Below are positions 19,974 through 25,875 of a stretch of 25,875 nt of DNA, one piece after another. Position numbers and translations under genes: made by a program. A model generated the notes under the pieces. It did no database searches. It was not told the DNA's origin and was given only the letters and a program-made list of their open reading frames with translations. The DNA is from Actinomycetales bacterium (lineage in GTDB: Bacteria > Actinomycetota > Actinomycetes > Actinomycetales > CAVURS01): assembly GCA_045807245.1 (NCBI GenBank), contig JBJMHS010000008.1, positions 124,001 to 149,875 on the forward strand. The letters are read 5' to 3'. The number at the start of each line of letters is the position of its first letter. The stretch's first letter is position 1.

Positions 19974-20603
19974 ATGGACGCGCCGGAGCTGCCCGGTCTC
20001 GTTGACGGGCGGGTCAGTGACCTCGGCGAGCGGGCCGACCTCAGCGGGCTGCGGTTTGCCGGCCTGGACCTGTCCGAGCGCGATCTGACCGGTTCGCGGC
20101 TGGTCGAGTGTGAGCTGTCGGACGTCGTGCTGGAGGACGCGAAGTTGACCGCCGTACGGCTGATCGACTGCAGGCTCGAAAACCTCGACGTACCAGTACT
20201 TTTGGCGGCACGGCCGATGTGGCGCAACGTCTCCTTACGGGCGTCGCGAGTCGGCTCCGCGGAGCTGTACGACGGCGAGTGGGCGAGCGTCCTGGTGACC
20301 GGATGCCGGCTGGGTTACCTCAACTTCCGGCACTCCACGTTGACCGACGTCGAGCTGAACGGATGCCGGATCTCCGAGCTCGACCTGTCCGGCGCGACCG
20401 CGACCCAGGTGCGGTTCGTCGACTGCGACGTGGAGACGTTGACGATCGGCGGTGCGCGGCTCAAGGACGTCGACCTGCGCGGGGCGCGGATCAGCGCCAT
20501 CTCCGGGATATCGGCGATGTCAGGCACCGTCATCGACGAGACGCAGCTGGTCGAGCTGGCCCCGCTCCTGGCGGCGGAGGCCGGCATCAGCGTCCAGTCC
20601 TGA
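19974..20603 (+). CDS. Pentapeptide repeat-containing protein
   Basis: ADLSG-LRFAG-LDLSE-RDLTG periodicity, LDLSGA, ARLKDVDLRGARI. TAATGT-N6-ATG favours start 19974 (GTG 19968 is the alternative). In-frame TTA at 20235-20237. Confidence 0.88.
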   Translation: MDAPELPGLVDGRVSDLGERADLSGLRFAGLDLSERDLTGSRLVECELSDVVLEDAKLTAVRLIDCRLENLDVPVLLAARPMWRNVSLRASRVGSAELYDGEWASVLVTGCRLGYLNFRHSTLTDVELNGCRISELDLSGATATQVRFVDCDVETLTIGGARLKDVDLRGARISAISGISAMSGTVIDETQLVELAPLLAAEAGISVQS

Positions 20604-20629
20604 CCCGCTCTGGTCGTAGCCTGCCGTTC

Positions 20630-21523
20630 GTGCGGATCGTCTCGCTGTTGCCCTCGGCCACCGAGATCGTCTATGCCCTCGGGCTGGGCGAGGACCTCGT
20701 CGGAGTGACCTTCGAGTGCGACGAACCGGCTCGGGCGCGCGTTGACAAAGCAGTCGTCGTCGGCGGGCGTGATACCTCGGGCATGGCGCCCGGTGAGATC
20801 GACGCTTACGTGCGCGCGCAGATGGCGGCGGGGGAGGACCTGTACACGCTGCACGCGGACGCTCTCGGCGGCCTGGGTCCGGAGCTGATCCTCACTCAGG
20901 ACCTCTGCCGGGTCTGCGCGTTGCCGACGGACCACGTCGAGGAGGCGCTGGGCTACCTCGGATGCAGCGCGGATGTGGTCTCGCTGGACCCCCAGTCGCT
21001 GGACGATGTCCTCGGCACGATCGTTGAGGTGGGCCGGCGGGCTGGAGCGGCGGAGACCGCCGAAGCCCTTGTGGCACAGCTGCGTTCACGCCTGGATGCG
21101 GTGGCCGAGGCCGTGGCCGGGCGGCATCGACCTCGCGTCGCCCTCGTGGAGTGGGTGGACCCGCCCTTCTCCGCCGGGCACTGGGTGCCGGACCTCGTCG
21201 TCGCCGCCGGGGGCGAGCCGGTCGCGGCGCGGCCCCGGGCCAAGTCGGTGGAGACCTCGTGGACCGAGATCGCGGCCGCCGAACCGGACGTCGTCGTCGT
21301 TTCGCCCTGCGGGTTCCACCTCGACGGCGCGGCCGATCAGGCCCGGCTGGTGCTGGACCGCATGCCGGAGCAGGCCGCCATCTGGGCCATCGACGCCGAC
21401 GGCCTCGTCGTGCGTCCCGGCCCGCGCGTCGTTGACGGCGTCGAGGCGCTGGCCTCCGTTCTGCACCCGGAGGCAGTCTCGCCCTCCGAGGCCGTCCGCC
21501 TGATCCGCGGGCCCTCCACCTGA
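20630..21523 (+). CDS. BtuF/class III substrate-binding-fold protein without signal peptide
   Basis: MRIVSLLPSATEIVYALG, VGVTFECD, ILTQDLCRVCA, EWVDPPFSAGHWVP, RPGPRVVDGVE; TAGCCT-N7-GTG 20630. Confidence 0.85.
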   Translation: MRIVSLLPSATEIVYALGLGEDLVGVTFECDEPARARVDKAVVVGGRDTSGMAPGEIDAYVRAQMAAGEDLYTLHADALGGLGPELILTQDLCRVCALPTDHVEEALGYLGCSADVVSLDPQSLDDVLGTIVEVGRRAGAAETAEALVAQLRSRLDAVAEAVAGRHRPRVALVEWVDPPFSAGHWVPDLVVAAGGEPVAARPRAKSVETSWTEIAAAEPDVVVVSPCGFHLDGAADQARLVLDRMPEQAAIWAIDADGLVVRPGPRVVDGVEALASVLHPEAVSPSEAVRLIRGPST

Positions 21524-21609
21524 CACTCCGTCGGGAGTTTCTGGCGCCACGCAGGCAGGCGAGGTCGATGGCACGGCGTGTTGCTCGCGCATCTCGACCG
21601 AGTGTCAGG
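21519..21609. repeat. 91-bp element with 18-bp imperfect terminal inverted repeats (REP/MITE-like or terminator)
   Basis: cctgacactccgtcggga (21519-21536) versus the reverse complement of tctcgaccgagtgtcagg (21592-21609), cctgacactcggtcgaga: 16/18 identical. Confidence 0.65.
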
Positions 21610-21664
21610 GCGCACGTATCCACAGGGGTTTCGTAGGGTCTGGACGATTCGCTAGATTTGCCCG

Positions 21665-22195
21665 ATGCGCCGGATTCCGGCCCGCAGGGGGGCCATCGTT
21701 GTCGTTGCGTCGGCCGGTCTGGCCGGCCTGCTAGGCGGTTGCTCGGGTTCGGGCTCGGGTTCGGCCGGCCAAGGGAGCAAGAGCACGCCGAGCCCCACCT
21801 CGACCGTTGCCGCAACTGATCGTGCGGCCGTCGCCGCCGTCCTGGCGTGGCGAGACGGCTGGAACAAGAGCATCTCCGGTCACAGCTCGGTCACCTACCG
21901 CAAGACGTTCTCGGGCAAGTGCACGCTCTGCGCCGACAACGCCGAAACCCTCGACCGGTACTTCGGGGAGGCTGACCACATCACCGGCGGCCACTACACG
22001 CTCCGCTCCCTGAAGGTCTCGCTGCGCAAGTCCAACGCAATCGTCGTCGACGGGGTTCTGTCGATGAGCTCGTCGAAGGTCCTCTCCGGCAAAACACTGG
22101 TTGACCGCAAGAAGGGGTTCACCGAGCGGATCAGCTGGAAGGTCGTTCTCGAGGACGGCCGGTGGTTGGTTGCGAACCTCGGAGACACCCTGTGA
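21665..22195 (+). CDS. CxxC lipoprotein 1 (DUF6318-like, tentative)
   Basis: Signal peptide with lipobox LGGC, Ser/Thr/Pro linker, FSGKCTLCADNA, C-terminal beta strands ending DGRWLV; TAGATT-N6-ATG. Confidence 0.8.
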   Translation: MRRIPARRGAIVVVASAGLAGLLGGCSGSGSGSAGQGSKSTPSPTSTVAATDRAAVAAVLAWRDGWNKSISGHSSVTYRKTFSGKCTLCADNAETLDRYFGEADHITGGHYTLRSLKVSLRKSNAIVVDGVLSMSSSKVLSGKTLVDRKKGFTERISWKVVLEDGRWLVANLGDTL

Positions 22196-22743
22196 CCCGC
22201 CGCCGCATCGCGATCAGCGCACCTCTCGCGATGGTCGCCGCGCTGTGCTTCGTGCTGAGCGACTGCACAGGTGGCTCCAGCTCCGCGCCGCCAACACCCA
22301 TGCACCCCGGCACCGCCCCCACCAGCACGTCAACTCAAACGACGAGCACAACGGCGGTGGAAGCCTCTGCGGCTCTTGCCGCCGTTAAGCATATGTACAT
22401 TGAGTTCAATAAAGCTCTCGTAACGTTGCGATCTGAGGCCTATCGCCAAGCGTTCACGAAGAGTTGCGTATATTGTGAGAGTAATGCTGACCTGGTGGAT
22501 CGCCTGCGAGACGGAGGAGAACGAATAGTAGGCGGGCAGTTCACATTGACAGGTTTGCGAGTCGCCTACGTCGAGTCGGCATTCGTCTTGGTCGAGGGGT
22601 TCCTACGCCAGGGCGCGGCTCGGATCACCAAGAATGGTCGCACGGTTAAGACGTACCAGGCGGCTGCTCAATTCCGGGCAGTTTGGCGGATCGAACGCCA
22701 AGACGGTTCAGCGAGGATTACCAAAGAGGATGTTCCCCGGTGA
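22192..22743 (+). CDS. CxxC lipoprotein 2 (paralog of lipoprotein 1)
   Basis: GTG 22192 coupled to the upstream stop (GTGA), GGAGA RBS; signal peptide ending LSDC, Thr-rich linker, FTKSCVYCESNA; aligns by eye with lipoprotein 1. Confidence 0.8.
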   Translation: MTRRRIAISAPLAMVAALCFVLSDCTGGSSSAPPTPMHPGTAPTSTSTQTTSTTAVEASAALAAVKHMYIEFNKALVTLRSEAYRQAFTKSCVYCESNADLVDRLRDGGERIVGGQFTLTGLRVAYVESAFVLVEGFLRQGAARITKNGRTVKTYQAAAQFRAVWRIERQDGSARITKEDVPR

Positions 22744-23642
22744 CCCGTTCCGCGCTGTTCGCAGCGCTATCGGCGGCATTGGCGGTTGGGTCATTGTCGG
22801 TCGCACCGAACTTCGCTTCAGCATGTGGTTCTCGACCCGTATCCAACGAATCGCGCGTATCCACCTGTGGAGCCGTCCACTACGGATACGACCACGCAAC
22901 AAAGAAGTTCCAAGCGCACACGTCGTTGGTGGCATCGGACGACCCAGACGGCTCGAAGTACGAGTACATCGTAGTTACGGCATGTGACGCGGGAGTCAAT
23001 GCGAACGGCGGCGACAACATTTGCTCCAATTTCGGCAACTGCCCGCCGAGATTCGAACCAGACGGCACGCCGATGCGAGCCGATCGAATGCAGGGCATGC
23101 GCGCGGTACGTAGGCCACCGGGTCCCATGGTGCCCTTTGGGGACGCGATTTGCATGTACACGGGACGTGAGATCCCAATGGCGGAGGTCGTTGCGGCGGT
23201 CAAGGAAGAGCTGGTCAAGGAGGTGGGGCGGCCGCAGATCTCGATGCAGCCGGCGACGCGCGGCCTGATCCGCTGGCCGGTCCTGTTCAGCGCGCCGGCC
23301 CAGCATCGCGTCACCCTCAGCATCACCCAGCCACTGCCCGGCGACATCACGGCCGACCCGTCGTACAGCTGGGAGCTCGGCGACGGCCAGCAGGCGAGCG
23401 GCGCCGGGCACCGGTACACCAGCCAGGTCGACCCGACCCGTGCCTCGAGCGACGACTACTACGTGAAGGGCGTCTACGAAGAGCCCGGGACACACCCGGT
23501 CCGGCTCACGCTGACCTGGTCGGCGACCATCCATCTGGGCGACCTGGACGTCGACCTCGACCCGATCGTGTTCACCGACCAGGCGACCGCCCGAGTCGTC
23601 TCGGCGACCAACCGGCTCTACGACGGCCTGCCGACCGGCTGA
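22740..23642 (+). CDS. Secreted Cys-rich protein with C-terminal PKD/Ig-like domain
   Basis: GTGA-coupled start; signal peptide ending ASA; six Cys in the N-terminal half; C-terminal ADPSYSWELGDG...YEEPGTHPVRLTLTWSA resembles the PKD WDFGDG...Y..PG.Y.V.L motif. Confidence 0.78.
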   Translation: MTRSALFAALSAALAVGSLSVAPNFASACGSRPVSNESRVSTCGAVHYGYDHATKKFQAHTSLVASDDPDGSKYEYIVVTACDAGVNANGGDNICSNFGNCPPRFEPDGTPMRADRMQGMRAVRRPPGPMVPFGDAICMYTGREIPMAEVVAAVKEELVKEVGRPQISMQPATRGLIRWPVLFSAPAQHRVTLSITQPLPGDITADPSYSWELGDGQQASGAGHRYTSQVDPTRASSDDYYVKGVYEEPGTHPVRLTLTWSATIHLGDLDVDLDPIVFTDQATARVVSATNRLYDGLPTG

Positions 23643-23768
23643 GAGAGGGCTGAACGCCCGCCGCGAGCTCGCTTCAGGCGCATCGCACCGGGAACTTTCG
23701 CCTTTGCGAAACCATTACTCTGGACATCAGCCGTCGTTCGACGGCTCTCGTATACCCCGGAGGGGCAG

Positions 23769-24623
23769 ATGGCCAGCAGGAACCCGGTCTTCGGCCGGAT
23801 CGAGCAGGAGCAGCGGCAGGGGCAGTTCGCCACCTTCCGCACCGAGGCGCCGCGCAGTGCGCCGCCGGGCGACCTGTCGACCGGAGACCTGGAGCGGATG
23901 TACACCGCACCCCCGGCCACCACGGCCGACACCGGCCGCCTGACCTACGACGACGTCATCATGAAGACGGGCATCCAGTTCGTGTTCCTGCTCGCCGCCG
24001 CGGCGGTGACGTGGAACTACGTCGGGAGCCTCGACCAGGACCACCTGTCGCGCGGCCTGGGCATCTGGCTGGTCTCGATGTTCGCCGCCTTCGCGGTCGG
24101 CCTGGTCATCGCGTTCAAGAAGACCATCAGCGTCCCGCTCATCCTGACCTACGCCGTGCTCGAAGGCGGGTTCGTGGGCGCGGCCAGCAAGTTCTTCGAC
24201 CTGCAGTACGGCGGCGGCATCGTCGGGCAGGCCGTCATCGGCACGCTCGCGGCGTTCGCCGGCATGCTCATCGCGTACAAGGTCGGCCTGATCAAGGTCA
24301 ACGACAAGTTCCGCCGCATCATGGGCTTCGCGCTCATGGGCTACTTCTGTGTCGCGATGGTCAGCCTGGTCGCCGCACTCTTCGGCGTCGGCGGCGGCTT
24401 CGGCTTCTACGGCGCCGGCCCCCTCGGCCTCCTGCTCTGCGTCGCCGGTGTCGGCCTGGCCGCAGTCACCTTGGCCCTCGACTTCGACTCGATCGACCGG
24501 ATGGTCGCCGCCGGCGCCCCGGCCAAGACGGCCTGGCTGCTCGGCTACGGCCTGGTCGTCACCCTGGTCTGGCTCTACATCGAGCTGCTGCGTCTGCTCG
24601 CGATCCTGCGCGGCGACAACTAG
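23769..24623 (+). CDS. Bax inhibitor-1/YccA family membrane protein
   Basis: MASRNPVF, LTYDDVIMKT, YAVLEG, GIVGQAVIGT, LDFDSI, GLVVTLVWLYIELLRLLAILR; about 7 TM helices; GGAGG RBS. Confidence 0.93.
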   Translation: MASRNPVFGRIEQEQRQGQFATFRTEAPRSAPPGDLSTGDLERMYTAPPATTADTGRLTYDDVIMKTGIQFVFLLAAAAVTWNYVGSLDQDHLSRGLGIWLVSMFAAFAVGLVIAFKKTISVPLILTYAVLEGGFVGAASKFFDLQYGGGIVGQAVIGTLAAFAGMLIAYKVGLIKVNDKFRRIMGFALMGYFCVAMVSLVAALFGVGGGFGFYGAGPLGLLLCVAGVGLAAVTLALDFDSIDRMVAAGAPAKTAWLLGYGLVVTLVWLYIELLRLLAILRGDN

Positions 24624-24644
24624 CGTCGACGGCCCAGCCTGAGC

Positions 24645-24974
24645 ATGACCAGCAGCTCCCCGGTGGACAGCTCCGCCGGGGAGCTGCTGCGTGAACGCGA
24701 CCGGGTCGTCGACCGGCTGCGCTCGATGGCGCTGGACGACGTACCGGACGACGCGGTACGACGGGCGGCCCAGCGCCTCGAGGACCTGGCCGCCGCCCTG
24801 CGGGGCGAGCCGTCGCGGCCGGTGCCCAAGCTCGCGTCGTACGCCGCCGCCGACCAGGTGACCGTCCTGGTCGGCGAGCTCGGCGCCGCACCGGCGGACA
24901 TCAGCAGTGCCGCGACCGCAGTCCTGGCCGAGCTCCGCGCGGCTCTCTCGCAACCACCATTGACAGATCAATAA
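24645..24974 (+). CDS. Hypothetical helical protein
   Basis: 109-aa ORF filling the gap, GC-rich third positions, RPVPKLASYAAADQVTVL. Confidence 0.65.
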   Translation: MTSSSPVDSSAGELLRERDRVVDRLRSMALDDVPDDAVRRAAQRLEDLAAALRGEPSRPVPKLASYAAADQVTVLVGELGAAPADISSAATAVLAELRAALSQPPLTDQ

Positions 24975-24994
24975 GTTTAAGATTCAATTAACTC
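24960..24994 (+). promoter_or_regulatory. AT-rich promoter/operator of the VOC gene
   Basis: TTGACA at 24960-24965 followed by AT-rich ataagtttaagattcaattaactc with an imperfect palindrome AGTTTAA-GA-TTCAATT; no RBS before ATG 24995. Confidence 0.55.
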
Positions 24995-25522
24995 ATGCCG
25001 ATCAACCGCCTGAACCACGCCGTGCTGTACGTGCGCGATATCGAGCGCAGCCTGGGCTTCTACCGCGACATCCTGGGCTTCAGGCCGCTCAACATGCTGC
25101 CCGAGGGCTTCCACGGCGCCGCGTTCCTGCAGGCGCCCAACTCGACCAACGACCATGACCTCGGCCTGTTCGCCATCGGTGACGCCGCGGGTGCCTCTGG
25201 CGCCGGCCGGAGCACCGTCGGTCTGTACCACCTGGCCTGGGAGGTGGACACCCTGGCCGACCTGGCCGACCTGTCCGACAAGCTCACCGAGGCCGGCCAC
25301 CTCGTCGGCGCGAGCGACCACAGCACGACCAAGAGCCTCTACGCGCAGGACCCCGACGGCATCGAGCTGGAGATCGCCTGGATAGTCCCCGCCGACCGGC
25401 TCGACGAGTCGGCGCTCGCCGGTCGCAGCTCGATCCAGCGGCTCGACCTGCCCAAGGAGATCGAGCGGTACGGCGCGCAGACCCAGGGCGGCGTCGGCAT
25501 CAGCCACCCGGCCGGCGTCTGA
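24995..25522 (+). CDS. VOC/glyoxalase family protein
   Basis: LNHAVLYVRDIERSLGFYRDILGF, GLYHLAWEV, SLYAQDPDGIELE; metal ligands H, H, E. Confidence 0.92.
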   Translation: MPINRLNHAVLYVRDIERSLGFYRDILGFRPLNMLPEGFHGAAFLQAPNSTNDHDLGLFAIGDAAGASGAGRSTVGLYHLAWEVDTLADLADLSDKLTEAGHLVGASDHSTTKSLYAQDPDGIELEIAWIVPADRLDESALAGRSSIQRLDLPKEIERYGAQTQGGVGISHPAGV

Positions 25523-25541
25523 CCGCCACCGGACGGACACA

Positions 25542-25585
25542 CGCGCAGAGGGAGGGCCACCAGTCGGTGGCCCTCCCTCTGCGCG
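25542..25585. terminator. Bidirectional intrinsic terminator
   Basis: Perfect 20-bp stem cgcgcagagggagggccacc / ggtggccctccctctgcgcg with loop agtc, between convergent stop codons. Confidence 0.88.
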
Positions 25586-25592
25586 CTGGGCC

Positions 25593-25875
25593 CTAGAGGC
25601 CCGCGGCGCTAGCCACGGCCCGGGCGGTCAGGACGCGAGCCAGGTGCTCGCGGTAGTCGGCCTGGCCGTTGAGGTCGCTGGTGGGGCTGGTCCCCTCCGC
25701 AGCGTGCGCCGCAGCGCTCTTGACCGCGTCCGTCGTCGCGTCCGCGCCCGCGAGCGCCGACTCGGTCGACGACGCCCGGAGCGGGGTGGACCCCATGTTG
25801 GTCAGCCCGACGCGCGCCTCGGCGATGGACCCGTTCGACCGGCGTACGGCGGCCGCGACGCCCACGATCGACCAC
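25593..25875 (-). CDS. CoxM/xanthine dehydrogenase family FAD-binding subunit, C-terminal part (partial)
   Basis: WSIVGVAA...ARVGLTNMGSTPLRA..E.AL.G...PTSDLNGQADYREHLARVLTARAV; the gene continues beyond the window edge. Confidence 0.85.
   Translation of the reverse strand, partial: WSIVGVAAAVRRSNGSIAEARVGLTNMGSTPLRASSTESALAGADATTDAVKSAAAHAAEGTSPTSDLNGQADYREHLARVLTARAVASAAGL

Noticed and set aside
20219..20629. Upstream extension of the BtuF-like ORF as a possible fusion or signal region
   Set aside because: It overlaps the pentapeptide gene out of frame, is Arg-rich and has no hydrophobic signal.
21205..21214. cgccgggggc matching the tRNA 3' end as a possible attR
   Set aside because: Only 10 bp of pure GC inside a CDS, expected by chance; no integrase in the window.
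21616..21624. DnaA-box-like GTATCCACA
   Set aside because: Single copy with one mismatch to TTATCCACA; no cluster or origin context.
23727..24971. 414-aa minus-strand ORF
   Set aside because: Antisense shadow of yccA and the hypothetical gene.

Overview
High-GC actinomycete chromosomal region. The left part (1-9945) is a core block: mfd 3' end, lipoprotein, mazG, DUF885, eno, ftsB/divIC-like, DUF501, ppx, udgB, a Rex-boxed type II NADH dehydrogenase and a short-variable-arm tRNA-Leu(UAA) at the bldA/leuX-syntenic position. An accessory stretch follows: an orphan sulfotransferase; a CelR/CebR-like LacI-regulated beta-glycoside (probably beta-mannoside/cello-oligosaccharide) ABC uptake operon with GH2 and GH1; an ArsR gene whose SRPBCC partner has collapsed to a three-frame remnant; a TTA-containing pentapeptide-repeat gene; and a signal-less BtuF-like protein. 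Next comes a coupled three-gene surface module of two paralogous CxxC lipoproteins and a Cys-rich secreted PKD-like protein, with a low-GC internal segment. This module is the best candidate for an uncharacterised system. The window ends with yccA/BI-1, a hypothetical gene, a VOC gene, a bidirectional terminator and the 3' end of a CoxM-like gene. I saw no integrase, transposase or CRISPR array. All family calls come from motif recognition by eye, not from database searches.
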